From: Patescibacteria group bacterium
GTDB taxonomy: Bacteria > Patescibacteriota > Patescibacteriia > 2-02-FULL-49-11
Length of the DNA: 64,000 bases
NCBI GenBank assembly: GCA_041645165.1
Contig: JBAZQN010000001.1
Location: forward strand, 117,971 to 181,970
Direction: 5' to 3'
Shown here: piece by piece, positions 18,654 through 28,985 of the stretch
Layout: every line of letters starts with the position of its first letter
Numbering within the stretch: position 1 is the stretch's first letter
The notes under the pieces: generated by a model
Told to the model about the DNA's origin: nothing
The model's database searches: none
What the model saw: only the letters and a program-made list of their open reading frames with translations
Made by a program: the position numbers and the translations under genes

Positions 18654-19703
18654 ATGAGAAACATTAATTTATTTGCGTTTCCTTTGCATCTGAAAATACC
18701 CAATGGCTATTGGGATCAGCTCTATGGCGGCATTGCGCGGGAGCGGCCGGATATCGTGCTGAAGCATAATGATTTTATGGGCCTTGCGCGCTCGTGGCGC
18801 AGCACAAACGTGGTGCATTTACACTGGCCTTCAATACTTTACGCAAGCAAGTGGCGTGTTATCTCCCTTATAAAATTTGTCATCCGTATAGGCATTATCA
18901 CATTGTCGAAACTGCGCGGCGACAGGATTATTTGGACTGTCCATAATATGCGCGATCATGAAGGGAAGAATGCGGCCTTTGACGCGCTTGCCCAACGGTT
19001 CCTGGCGCGGTACGCGGACGCGGTTATTGTCCATTCGCCCGCTGGCGTTGAGTTTCTTGCTGAAAATTACCGGAGGGCGAATGACGTCTATGTTATTCCG
19101 CATCCCAACTACGTCGGCTTCCATGGTCCGCGACTCTCGGCGCCGGATCCCTCGCTTCGCGCCGTTCTTGATTTAAAAGAGAATGACAAAGTTTTTTTAA
19201 GTTTTGGTTCAATTCGGCCTTATAAAAACCTTGAGCAGCTCATTTCACTTTTTAACAACTTGCCTGATCGCTATATTTTAGTGATTGCGGGAAAATCGTT
19301 TTATCAATCATATCTTGCCGCATTGCGTGCGTTGGTAAAAAAAAATAACGTATGCGTTGTGCCTCATTCTATTCCGAACGAAGACATACCACGCTATTTT
19401 TCATTGGTTCACGCCTCGCTTTTTGCCTTCAAAGAAGTGCTCACTTCAGGATCGATGCTGCTTTCGCTTTCCTACGGCGTTCCCGCGATTGTGCCAAAGC
19501 GCGGCGATATGCCCTCGGTGATTAAAGATGGAGTCAATGGATTTTTATATAAGAATGGACAGGAACTTGACGCACGCATAAGATACATGGGAAGTTTGGA
19601 TAACGCGGCGCTCTTAAGACTGCAGGAAAGCACTTTACGGGAAACGGTATCGATTTCATTGGATGCCATTGTCCATGCTACACTGGGAGTATATGGCATT
19701 TAA
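18654..19703 (+). CDS. Glycosyltransferase (GT1/GT4-like C-terminal domain)
   Basis: FLSFGSIRPYKNLEQLI and the downstream GT-B C-domain pattern. Confidence 0.5.
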   Translation: MRNINLFAFPLHLKIPNGYWDQLYGGIARERPDIVLKHNDFMGLARSWRSTNVVHLHWPSILYASKWRVISLIKFVIRIGIITLSKLRGDRIIWTVHNMRDHEGKNAAFDALAQRFLARYADAVIVHSPAGVEFLAENYRRANDVYVIPHPNYVGFHGPRLSAPDPSLRAVLDLKENDKVFLSFGSIRPYKNLEQLISLFNNLPDRYILVIAGKSFYQSYLAALRALVKKNNVCVVPHSIPNEDIPRYFSLVHASLFAFKEVLTSGSMLLSLSYGVPAIVPKRGDMPSVIKDGVNGFLYKNGQELDARIRYMGSLDNAALLRLQESTLRETVSISLDAIVHATLGVYGI

Positions 19704-19724
19704 TATATATTGAATTGCTAACCT

Positions 19725-19870
19725 AATTCCGATAATGTCATTCCTGACCGAGATCAGGAATCCAGACAAAAAATAAACAAAAATCATTTTTCTTTTGGTT
19801 TTCTGGATTCCCGCCGGAGTTTACCCCGTACCGTGATACGGGGCGGGAATGACATTAGAGTCGGAATTTG
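19725..19870. repeat. MITE-like structured intergenic element with about 20-bp terminal inverted repeats and three internal hairpins
   Basis: TIRs aattccgataatgtcattcc / ggaatgacattagagtcggaatt; internal stems attcctga/tcaggaat, ggaatccag/ctggattcc, ccccgta/tacgggg. Confidence 0.5.
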
Positions 19871-19891
19871 AAGAGCAATTGAATATAATAT

Positions 19892-20590
19892 ATGGACCCT
19901 AAGGCCTTCTATGACTCCGTGTATGCAAGCAAAGGGGACCGCGCCATGCGCCCGCGATGGGTATATGAACGGTGGTTCAGGTTATTAGGCAATACACAAA
20001 CTTACCAATCATTGCTTGATGTCGGGTGCGGCACGGGGTTGTTTTTGCAAGTGGCTACGGAGCAGGGCTTGGCTGCCACAGGCCTTGATTTATCGGATGC
20101 CGCGGTCGCGCTCTCAAAGAAAAATTCGCCCCACTCCACAGTGGTGCAGGGGAGCGGGGAACGTCTGCCCTTTCTCGATAAGCAGTTTGACTATGTGTGT
20201 TGTCTGGGGAGTTTGGAGCACTACAGCGATCCTCTAAAGGGGCTTCGTGAATTGGTGAGGGTTGCGAAAGACGATGCGAAATTTCTTATTATACTGCCGA
20301 ATGACAATTACCTTTTTTGGAAGTTAAAAAAAATAAAAAAAGGAACTGCGCAGAGGGAATTTGAAGTATTAAAAAATTTTGATGGATGGAAGCGTTTTTT
20401 GGATGAAGGGGGATTGGAAATACTGCACATATATCAGGATAAATATCCTTCAGAGGAGCTGCGCATATTTCAATTTAAAAATCCCTACAAGATACTGCGG
20501 CGAGTGCTCTATAAAATGATTTGGCTTATGATGCCGTTGAAGTACACGTATCAATTTGTTTTTATTTTACAGAAAAATTTTTATACGTGA
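19892..20590 (+). CDS. Class I SAM-dependent methyltransferase
   Basis: Motif I LLDVGCGTGLF; motif II/III spacing. Confidence 0.65.
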   Translation: MDPKAFYDSVYASKGDRAMRPRWVYERWFRLLGNTQTYQSLLDVGCGTGLFLQVATEQGLAATGLDLSDAAVALSKKNSPHSTVVQGSGERLPFLDKQFDYVCCLGSLEHYSDPLKGLRELVRVAKDDAKFLIILPNDNYLFWKLKKIKKGTAQREFEVLKNFDGWKRFLDEGGLEILHIYQDKYPSEELRIFQFKNPYKILRRVLYKMIWLMMPLKYTYQFVFILQKNFYT

Positions 20591-21545
20591 AACGTATATA
20601 AATATGAAAAAATATATTAGAAAATTATTAAGTTTTATTATCTTATTATTCAATAAAACACATTGGATCGTTAGCCTCATCTTATGGCCATTGGCAAAAA
20701 GAGGATTGGGTCAAAATTACCTCGAAGTCGTACAAATCGGTGATGGCATTAAATTGAAGGTGTATTCTGATATGTATGATATGGTGAATAAAGTATTGAT
20801 GTTTTATTCTGATTTTGTGACTTATGCGTGGGAGCCTGTAACCACCAGATTATTTCAAAAATTAATTAAAGGGAAGAAGTGTATTGTAATAGCCGGCGCC
20901 CATTTGGGATATTATCCCCTCATTGCAGCTCGTTTTAATATCAATGCAATAATTTATGCGTTTGAGCCTGTTACATATATATATGATCGCTTTATACAAA
21001 ATATAGAACTAAATCATTTTCTAAATATTCGAGCGGAACCACAAGCGCTATCCAATCAAAATAGCGAAACTGACATCATCAAAGCGGACGGCGGTTCCAC
21101 AATCATCCTGTCCCAATATCCATCCTTAAATAAAGGAAAAGAAAAGTGCCATTGCGTTACTATTGATGATTATTTTAACGATAAAGATGAGAAACCAGAT
21201 TTTATGCTGTTGGATGTTGAAGGTAGTGAATACCGAGCATTAGCGGGAGCAGAACAAGTGCTTAAAGTATTTCACCCAGATATTATATTCGAAATATATT
21301 TAAAAGATACTGCACAAGCCGATACTATTGTTCTACCTGCTCAATTGTTAGACAGGCATGGCTATGAATTATATGTAATTCATGAACAAAACGAACCTAT
21401 GCTTATAGGAGAGAATTTTCCCATTGTACTATCACGGCTGCGAGTTGACGATGTCCGACATCTCAAGGGTGCGTACGTTAATATTTTAGCCACTCGTGAT
21501 CGTAAGAAGATAAAACTGATGTTTCCAAGTATTTCTGGCATATAA
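20556..21545 (+). CDS. FkbM-family methyltransferase (start probably at Met 20604)
   Basis: AGAHLGYY ... FEP ... LLDVEGSE pattern of Methyltransf_21/FkbM. Confidence 0.5.
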   Translation: MFLFYRKIFIRETYINMKKYIRKLLSFIILLFNKTHWIVSLILWPLAKRGLGQNYLEVVQIGDGIKLKVYSDMYDMVNKVLMFYSDFVTYAWEPVTTRLFQKLIKGKKCIVIAGAHLGYYPLIAARFNINAIIYAFEPVTYIYDRFIQNIELNHFLNIRAEPQALSNQNSETDIIKADGGSTIILSQYPSLNKGKEKCHCVTIDDYFNDKDEKPDFMLLDVEGSEYRALAGAEQVLKVFHPDIIFEIYLKDTAQADTIVLPAQLLDRHGYELYVIHEQNEPMLIGENFPIVLSRLRVDDVRHLKGAYVNILATRDRKKIKLMFPSISGI

Positions 21546-21636
21546 TACGAGCGGGAATATACAATGTTAACCATACTATTCGTATGAGAAGAGTCATTAC
21601 ACGGGATTATTCTGTAGGTATGGCAAAAGTATTTAT

Positions 21637-22887
21637 GTGAATAAAAATTGTTTATTCCCTATAGTATATAGAGAATTTATTTCCATGAAGTTAATTTATT
21701 TTGCCAATATACGCCTGCCTACGGAAAAAGCGTATGGCATACAGATAATGAAAATGTGTGATGCTTTTTCACACGCAGGCGCGGAAGTGACGCTGGTGAT
21801 CCCCACGCGCGCGAATCCCGGATTTAACGGTGTCAATCCTTTTGACTATTATGGGGTGAAACGATCTTTTGCGTTACAACGCATTAAAACGTTTGATCCT
21901 TGGTGGCTGATACGATTGCCGCAAGGCATCTATATTAAGGTTCAAGGATTTCTTTTTATATTCAAATTATATTTATGGTTCTTTATTCACAATATATATT
22001 CAAAATACGATGTCGCGTATACCCGTGATGAGTATCTCTTGCCGCTCCTGCATAAATTTTTTCCGCGTGTGGTGTGGGAAGCGCACAATTTACCAAGTCA
22101 TCCGCAGCGCTATATCAAAGCATGGCGAAAATGCCGGTACATTGTCGCAATTACCAAGGGGCTTAAGGACGCATTAGTGAAACAAGGCGTACACCCTGAT
22201 CACATAATGGTGGCGCCGGATGGAGTAGACCTTGAAAAGTTCACCCGGTCATCCGACCGGGTGCCCAGTCGAATGACTGGGCAAGTTCAACCCTTCGACT
22301 CGGCTCAGGGTGACAGGGATGAGTTACGGAGGCAATTAGGTTTACCGACAGACAAAAAGATTATCCTTTATAGCGGCCATTTATATGAACGGAAAGGCGC
22401 GCAAATGCTCGCTGATGCGATCCGTTTGCTCGATGATCGCTTTCTTGCGGTAATTGTGGGCGGCACACCTCATGATATCGAGAGATTTGCGATACGCAAT
22501 ATGGATACATTCCGTATAAAAATTGTCGGTTATCAGCCCCATGCGCTCATCCCGCGTTATCTCAATGCGGCAGACGCGCTGGTATTGCCGAATTCTGCAA
22601 AAAACGATGATGCAAAATTATTCACTTCACCCATGAAATTATTCGAATACATGACCGCGCACGCCCCTCTTATTGCGTCCCGCGTGCCTGCGCTGCAGGA
22701 AATATTAAATGACCATAATGCAGTTTTTTTTAATCCGGATGATCCGCGCGATCTCGCCAATGTTATTCAAAAGGTAATTGATAACCCAGATCTCTATAAT
22801 GCATATTGGCAGCAGGCGAATAAAGACGTCATGCAGTATACATGGCTTAAGCGGGCACAGCGTATCTTCACTACAATCATCAAATAA
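21637..22887 (+). CDS. Glycosyltransferase GT4 carrying an in-frame palindromic insertion (start probably Met 21685)
   Basis: GT4 C-domain (NSAKNDDAKLFTSPMKLFEYMTAHAPLIAS); a 25-aa low-complexity insert FTRSSDRVPSRMTGQVQPFDSAQGDRDEL is encoded by the double-hairpin element at 22240-22286. Confidence 0.65.
   Translation: MNKNCLFPIVYREFISMKLIYFANIRLPTEKAYGIQIMKMCDAFSHAGAEVTLVIPTRANPGFNGVNPFDYYGVKRSFALQRIKTFDPWWLIRLPQGIYIKVQGFLFIFKLYLWFFIHNIYSKYDVAYTRDEYLLPLLHKFFPRVVWEAHNLPSHPQRYIKAWRKCRYIVAITKGLKDALVKQGVHPDHIMVAPDGVDLEKFTRSSDRVPSRMTGQVQPFDSAQGDRDELRRQLGLPTDKKIILYSGHLYERKGAQMLADAIRLLDDRFLAVIVGGTPHDIERFAIRNMDTFRIKIVGYQPHALIPRYLNAADALVLPNSAKNDDAKLFTSPMKLFEYMTAHAPLIASRVPALQEILNDHNAVFFNPDDPRDLANVIQKVIDNPDLYNAYWQQANKDVMQYTWLKRAQRIFTTIIK
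22240..22286 (+). repeat. Palindromic in-frame insertion element, copy A (cacccggtcatccgaccgggtg + gcccagtcgaatgactgggc)
   Basis: Two adjacent perfect hairpins inside the coding sequence; homologous to the copy in gltX (63259-63306) with compensatory stem changes. Confidence 0.7.
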
Positions 22888-22892
22888 ATAAT

Positions 22893-23492
22893 ATGTTCAA
22901 TAAATTTCGAGATTTACTAGCCAAAAAACCATGGATTTTCAATGTGCTAAGAAATATTATTGAATTTAATTTTACCAAAGAAAAGGAGCTTATCCGAAAG
23001 GCCTTTGGCGATAGTGCGGGGAAGACGATACTCGATATTGGCTGCGGCACTGGCACGTTTGCGCCACTTTTTGTGGATGATATCTATTATGGCATAGATC
23101 TATCGCCAGATTATATTCAGCATGCAAAAAAAAATAAAAAGGGTACTTTCAAAATTATGAATGCAACCCAATTGGAATTTCCTGATGAGAAGTTCGATTA
23201 CGCGCTCATCATGGCCGTTTTACACCATTGTGACTCTGAAACGGTTCAGCAAATTTTACGAGAAACACGTCGTGTATTAAAAACTCAAGGGAAAGCGCTA
23301 GTGATTGAGGTCAGCCATAGCACTGAAATGGACAACTTTATTTTTCGTTTCTTGAGGAAATTTGATAAAGGAGATTATATCCGCTCTCCACAAGAATACG
23401 CGCAACTCATTTTAAATAATTTTAAAATTGACAAGGAAATGACTTTTCGCAGCGGATTATATGTCTATCACAGCTTCGAGGTGTATAAATAG
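22893..23492 (+). CDS. Class I SAM-dependent methyltransferase
   Basis: ILDIGCGTGTF motif I; DYALIMAVLHH. Confidence 0.65.
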   Translation: MFNKFRDLLAKKPWIFNVLRNIIEFNFTKEKELIRKAFGDSAGKTILDIGCGTGTFAPLFVDDIYYGIDLSPDYIQHAKKNKKGTFKIMNATQLEFPDEKFDYALIMAVLHHCDSETVQQILRETRRVLKTQGKALVIEVSHSTEMDNFIFRFLRKFDKGDYIRSPQEYAQLILNNFKIDKEMTFRSGLYVYHSFEVYK

Positions 23493-23497
23493 GGAAT

Positions 23498-24235
23498 ATG
23501 GCATCAGTGACTCCTCTCACGTCTGAATTATCGATAGTGATCCTCTGTTACCGAGCAGGAGACGCAGTCCGTGATTTCATTTCACGTACCATCGTAATCC
23601 TTGCAGAAGGCGGTATTCCAGACTATGAGCTTGTATTGGTAGGCAATTTTATGGAAGGCTCTGGAGACCGCACTCCACGCATCGTAGCAGAATTAGCGGC
23701 GACCTATCCGAAAGTGGTATATCTGGCAGAACCAAAACAGGGAATGATGGGATGGGATATGAGAAAAGGTTTGGAGAAAGCGAGAGGCGCCTATCTTGCG
23801 GTCATTGACGGTGATGGGCAAATGCCGATTGCGGATTTAGTAAAAGTATATACAAAAATTAAAAATGAGCGACTTGATATGGTTAAAACATATCGTCTGC
23901 AAAGAGGAGATAGTATTTTAAGAAAAACAATTTCTTTTATTTATAATTTATTTTTTCATGCGCTTTTCCCTGGGTTAAATGTACGGGATATCAACGCGAA
24001 ACCGAAAATATTCACTCGTGCGGTCTATGAACGCATGTGGCTGGAATCAAATGACTGGTTTATTGACGCAGAAATTATGATCGAAGCACGGCGTCTGCAC
24101 TTGCGTATAGGAGAAATACCCACAGTTTTTTTGGGACTTACGGGACGCAGGTCATTTGTGAAAATGAGAGCGATAAATGAATTTTTAATAAATTTAATAC
24201 GCTATAGGATAAGAGAATTTCGGCGTACAAAATAA
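23498..24235 (+). CDS. GT2 polyprenyl-phosphate glycosyltransferase (DPM1/GtrB-like)
   Basis: N-terminal GT2 fold; DGDGQ motif; C-terminal amphipathic tail. Confidence 0.65.
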   Translation: MASVTPLTSELSIVILCYRAGDAVRDFISRTIVILAEGGIPDYELVLVGNFMEGSGDRTPRIVAELAATYPKVVYLAEPKQGMMGWDMRKGLEKARGAYLAVIDGDGQMPIADLVKVYTKIKNERLDMVKTYRLQRGDSILRKTISFIYNLFFHALFPGLNVRDINAKPKIFTRAVYERMWLESNDWFIDAEIMIEARRLHLRIGEIPTVFLGLTGRRSFVKMRAINEFLINLIRYRIREFRRTK

Positions 24236-24237
24236 GA

Positions 24238-26061
24238 ATGAAATATAGTATGCAGGATACATTTATGCCGCAAATAAAAAAAGTGTGCATATTTTTATAT
24301 ACTAGTTGGTTGTCTCGTTTTTTTAAACCCCTCTTTATTTTTTGTCGGGCGCACGCGGGCGCATTGTTCCTCTCTTTATTCATCGGAATGATAACGATAG
24401 CGCCACAGCTTATTTTCCAGTCAACGCTAGGGGAGCGCTACCAAGGTATTTATTTGGGCGGTACCGATAATGAAGACTATTATGCGGGAAGGGTGCGGGA
24501 AGCGTTCGACGGGCACTATGCTATAGGCAACGCATTTCTTTATGAAGGCCGTGACGCACTTTTTTTGCAGCCACCTTTGGGTGAATTATTATTTTTACCC
24601 CTTGGCGCTCTGTTCTCTTTTAATCCAGTGACGACTCTCTTCTGGGGCTCGCGTTTTGTTTTTCCCTTATTATTAACGTTCATTATATATTATTTCATTT
24701 ATCTGCTTTTTTCGTCTAAGTTATTAGCGCTTGCCGTAAGCAGCAGTATCGTGCTTGCTTCGCAATTTGTATATTTTCCTAAACAATTATTTAATTTAAT
24801 TCCCACGCAGTTTGGTGCTTTTTCTATTGATAGTTTTCTTACCTATTCCCGCCCTGTGCTTCCCCAAACAAGCACGCTATTTTTTTTCCTATTTTTATTA
24901 TTATTTTTCTTGCTCCTTAACAAGCGTACGATGGTATGGCATTGTTATCCGATAGGCATACTGTATGGGTTGAGTATCTATCTCTATCTTTATAACTGGA
25001 TTTTCCTTACTGTTTTTTGCATTATTATTATAGGGTTTTACGTCTGGTGGAAAGATAAGGAAATGGTAAAGGCATTGATGCGATTTTTTTTCTGCGGGAT
25101 AATTATCACCCTGCCCTTCTGGTTTGTCATGTTAAAAAATGCGAATTCACCATTTTGGGTTGAGACGGCGGCACGATATAATATATATGGGTCCCATGAC
25201 TTCGTATTCAGCAAACTGTTGGCTATAAGCCTTATAGGATGGCTTGCCGCGAATTACCGGAAATTGAAAGATCCTGCAGTCCACCTGATACTCGCCCTTA
25301 TATTAAGCGGATTTGTGGTAATTAATCAGCAAATCATCACTGGGAGAGTTTTATTTTACGGGCATTTTCATTGGTATTTCAACGTTCCAATTTTTATTAT
25401 AGCCATGCTCTATTTAGCGCATATGCTTAGTGTACGGGTAGCTCCTCTGCTGAATAAAATAATGGTGATAATTATTCTTAGCGTGAGCATCGGTTCCGCC
25501 ACTATGATTCAAGCGAAAAGCCTGGAAACGAGAGCCCAAGGCTATATGGCGCAGCAGGATTGGGGTGGCGTATATCTGTGGCTGGATAAAAATCTCCCTT
25601 TGGAGTCGGTTATCTTAAGCAATAATAGAAGTTTTTCAAATGCGATTCCCACCTATACTAAACATTATCCCTATGACGGGATATATGCGCATTTGTTTTT
25701 GGCTGATCCGGAACGATTAAAGTATAATATATTTATTTATCTTTGGTTGCGCGGCCTGAAAGCGGACAAAGCGGGCGAATATTTTTCACACACACCGCAT
25801 GAAATCATTGGATACCTTGGTGCGGCAAGGGTGAGGCGCGTCTATGGATGCACCGTCTGCGTGCCCGCAGATATTTTACACGGCTTTGCGGATGAATATG
25901 TCCGTTTTATCGAGCAACGACGCTATGAGCAACTTGCGCAATATAAACTAGACATATTTGCATGGGATAGGCGCGAGGATGGCGCAGTGCCGGAATATTT
26001 ACTCACCAGGTTTACATTCGTTACAAGGGTGAATAATTTTGACATTTATCGCATTCATTAA
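24238..26061 (+). CDS. Large polytopic membrane protein, probable GT-C-type glycosyltransferase partner of the upstream GtrB-like enzyme
   Basis: 607 aa, more than 10 TM; translationally coupled to the GT2 gene (3-nt gap). Confidence 0.45.
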   Translation: MKYSMQDTFMPQIKKVCIFLYTSWLSRFFKPLFIFCRAHAGALFLSLFIGMITIAPQLIFQSTLGERYQGIYLGGTDNEDYYAGRVREAFDGHYAIGNAFLYEGRDALFLQPPLGELLFLPLGALFSFNPVTTLFWGSRFVFPLLLTFIIYYFIYLLFSSKLLALAVSSSIVLASQFVYFPKQLFNLIPTQFGAFSIDSFLTYSRPVLPQTSTLFFFLFLLLFFLLLNKRTMVWHCYPIGILYGLSIYLYLYNWIFLTVFCIIIIGFYVWWKDKEMVKALMRFFFCGIIITLPFWFVMLKNANSPFWVETAARYNIYGSHDFVFSKLLAISLIGWLAANYRKLKDPAVHLILALILSGFVVINQQIITGRVLFYGHFHWYFNVPIFIIAMLYLAHMLSVRVAPLLNKIMVIIILSVSIGSATMIQAKSLETRAQGYMAQQDWGGVYLWLDKNLPLESVILSNNRSFSNAIPTYTKHYPYDGIYAHLFLADPERLKYNIFIYLWLRGLKADKAGEYFSHTPHEIIGYLGAARVRRVYGCTVCVPADILHGFADEYVRFIEQRRYEQLAQYKLDIFAWDRREDGAVPEYLLTRFTFVTRVNNFDIYRIH

Positions 26062-26083
26062 CTATATAACCTAAATACCTATT

Positions 26084-27667
26084 ATGACTCAAGATGCGCA
26101 TCAGAAAAAAACAGCGATTATCATAGGCGCAGGCCCAGCAGGCTTAACTGTTGCATGGGAATTGCTGACAAGAACTGATATAACTCCCATAATCCTTGAA
26201 AAAAGCAATATGATCGGCGGATTAGCGCGTTCTATTGATTATAAAGGTAACCGTATGGATATCGGGCCGCATCGTTTTTTTTCAAAGTCCGATCGTGTCA
26301 TGCGCTGGTGGCTTGGGCATTTGCCGTTACAGCATGTGGACAATATGGAGTTTATCCGATCTTATCAAACGAAACTGGGCATCACGAATCAAAATCAGCG
26401 CCTTGATCCCGAGACAACTGATTTAGTTATGCTTTTGCGCAATCGGAAGACGAGAATATATTTTTTAATGGATCTGTTCCCTTATCCGATTGCGTTAAAT
26501 ATGGTTATGCTTCTAAGGCTCGGTTTTTATAAAATTTTGCGCATCGGCATCAGTTATGTATACAGTATATTATTTCCCATAAAACCAATGAAAAATTTGG
26601 AGGATTTTTATATTAACCGTTTTGGAAAGGAACTCTATTTAACTTTTTTTAAATCATATACAGAGAAATTATGGGGATTATCATGCCGCGAGATCAGTGC
26701 GGAGTGGGGAGCGCAGCGCGTAAAAGGCCTTTCGGTGGGGAATGCGCTGAAAGATTTTATTATGAAACTGATACATAAAAATAAAAGCATAGACCAAAAA
26801 AAGACTGAAACGTCGCTCATTGAATGGTTTTTGTATCCTAAGCGCGGTGCGGGACAAATGTGGGAAACAGTAGCGGATAAAATACGGCAAAGGGGAGGTG
26901 AGATTATCATGAATTTTAATGTCGATAAAATTTATCAAAAGGAGCATACTGTAATAGCAATTGGTGGTCATAGTCTCATTGAAGGACAAAAAAAAGAATG
27001 GCAAGGAGATTACTTTTTTTCGACAATGCCGGTGCAAGAATTGACAAAATCATTTATGGGAGAAGTCGATCAGGAGGTAAGAGAAATCAGTGATGGGCTG
27101 CGTTATCGTGATATAATTCTTATTGGTTTATTATTGAAACGCCTATTATTAACTGATAAAGAATATCCCCACGAACTAATACGTGACAATTGGTTATATA
27201 TTCAGGAACCCAATGTGCAGGTGGCGAGGATACAAATATGCAATAATATGAGTCCTTATCTCGTGGCAGCCCCGGGGCTCGTATGGATAGGGGCAGAATA
27301 TTTTTGTCAGGTTGGCGACAATATGTGGGAGCGCGATGATGCTTCTTTAGTGCAAATGGCGCAAAAGGAATTGGAAAAAATTGGGATAATCGCAGAAAGA
27401 GATACAGTTGACGGGGTGGTCATACGCCAGGAGAAGGCGTACCCGGTTTATTTCGGCGCATATCAGCAGTTTGAAACGGTGAGGAAATTTTATGACCAAT
27501 TCGACAACCTATTTTTGCTGGGCCGCAATGGCATGCATAAATATAATAATCAAGATCACTCTATGCTCACCGCCATGGTAGCAGTGGACAATATCATTCA
27601 TCATCGCCAAAACAAGGAAAATATTTGGGCGGTGAATACGGAGAAAGAGTATCATGAGGAAAAGTAA
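26084..27667 (+). CDS. FAD/NAD(P)-binding oxidoreductase (amine-oxidase / UDP-galactopyranose-mutase superfamily)
   Basis: Dinucleotide-binding [17 protein letters not shown] at N-terminus; C-terminal [11 protein letters not shown] flavoprotein motif. Confidence 0.55.
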   Translation: MTQDAHQKKTAIIIGAGPAGLTVAWELLTRTDITPIILEKSNMIGGLARSIDYKGNRMDIGPHRFFSKSDRVMRWWLGHLPLQHVDNMEFIRSYQTKLGITNQNQRLDPETTDLVMLLRNRKTRIYFLMDLFPYPIALNMVMLLRLGFYKILRIGISYVYSILFPIKPMKNLEDFYINRFGKELYLTFFKSYTEKLWGLSCREISAEWGAQRVKGLSVGNALKDFIMKLIHKNKSIDQKKTETSLIEWFLYPKRGAGQMWETVADKIRQRGGEIIMNFNVDKIYQKEHTVIAIGGHSLIEGQKKEWQGDYFFSTMPVQELTKSFMGEVDQEVREISDGLRYRDIILIGLLLKRLLLTDKEYPHELIRDNWLYIQEPNVQVARIQICNNMSPYLVAAPGLVWIGAEYFCQVGDNMWERDDASLVQMAQKELEKIGIIAERDTVDGVVIRQEKAYPVYFGAYQQFETVRKFYDQFDNLFLLGRNGMHKYNNQDHSMLTAMVAVDNIIHHRQNKENIWAVNTEKEYHEEK

Positions 27668-28985
27668 TTTATTTTCATCGTTCCCCATGGTAGGGTGGCT
27701 CATATTGTTATCTTTAGCCATTCGGCTTTGTTTATTTGCAATATATCAGCCATGGCAAGAGATTACCCTGCAAAAAATATTAATTTCCGATGCCCTGCAG
27801 TACTATCAGTTGGCAGAACGCATTCTCTCCGATATTTCATTATCAACTTTCGGCACGTTCCGCACTCCTCTTTACCCTCTCTATCTTGCAGTCATTTTTG
27901 CGGTTATAGGCAGTAAGGTTTGGGCGGCGCTTTTATTCCAAATTTTTTTTGATGTCGGTACGACCATCCTTGTATACCTGCTGGCAAAGGAGATATTCGC
28001 GTCACAGAAAACAGCGCATTATGCCATGTTGTTCTACAGCATTGATTTATTGGCAGCAGCCCAGACGTTGCAGCTCATGACTGAAACTATTTTTACGTTT
28101 ATCTTTACGGGCGCGGTATTGGCCACGGTTTATGCATTGAAACGGGATAATATTAAATATTATGCTTTGGGTGGAATGTATCTGGGGTTAGCAACGCTAG
28201 TTCGCCCCGTAGCTCAATATTTGGGACTCATCCTGACTTTTTTTATACCTTTTTCACGCAAGCTATTTAGTCGTGCAGTGGTATATATCGGATTTTTTTT
28301 CCTCATCCTTTCATTTTGGCAAATAAGAAATTATTTCAATTTTGGGCACTATGCTCTCTCTACCATCGAAGGCTACAATCTTTTGGAATATAATGTCGCA
28401 AAGGTAAAATCGTTAGTGGAGCATGTCAGCCTTGATGAATCAAGGTACGAATTGAACAAGCTCGTAGATCCCACGATTACCAATCCATTCAGCCGCGCAT
28501 CGGTGCAACAAAAAATAGCCGTTTCCTATATTCTCGCCCATCCTTGGTGGTATAGTTATTATCATATAAAGGGAGGCGCAAATATGATGTTAGGGACTGC
28601 GAAGGTCAGCTTATTGCCCGTATTAAAAATACCTCCCTTTATAAGAAGTGATACCACTCTTAGTGAAAATCTTTTTACCAGAATTGAGAGAACCATATCT
28701 ACCGCAAGGCAGGAATATTGGCTCACACCCATCCTATTTATCATGCAATTAATTGAATATGTATTATGTGCGATAGGTTTTACAGTAATGAGGAAAACCG
28801 ATAATAGATATTTAATGTTATTAATTGCGATGATACTGGTTTATTTCTTTCTCGCAACTGGCGTAGTGGGAACCGCGCGGTATCGTGCCCCGGTCATCCC
28901 CTTATATCTTATCATGAGCGCGTATGGGTTTGAGCGAGTAATAAATTATTATAGACAGAAGAATCTTTTACGGCGTGTGTTATGA
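27654..28985 (+). CDS. GT-C membrane glycosyltransferase (ArnT/PMT, GT83/GT39-like)
   Basis: 443 aa, about 11 TM, N-terminal loop typical of the PMT_2/ArnT family. Confidence 0.5.
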   Translation: MRKSNLFSSFPMVGWLILLSLAIRLCLFAIYQPWQEITLQKILISDALQYYQLAERILSDISLSTFGTFRTPLYPLYLAVIFAVIGSKVWAALLFQIFFDVGTTILVYLLAKEIFASQKTAHYAMLFYSIDLLAAAQTLQLMTETIFTFIFTGAVLATVYALKRDNIKYYALGGMYLGLATLVRPVAQYLGLILTFFIPFSRKLFSRAVVYIGFFFLILSFWQIRNYFNFGHYALSTIEGYNLLEYNVAKVKSLVEHVSLDESRYELNKLVDPTITNPFSRASVQQKIAVSYILAHPWWYSYYHIKGGANMMLGTAKVSLLPVLKIPPFIRSDTTLSENLFTRIERTISTARQEYWLTPILFIMQLIEYVLCAIGFTVMRKTDNRYLMLLIAMILVYFFLATGVVGTARYRAPVIPLYLIMSAYGFERVINYYRQKNLLRRVL

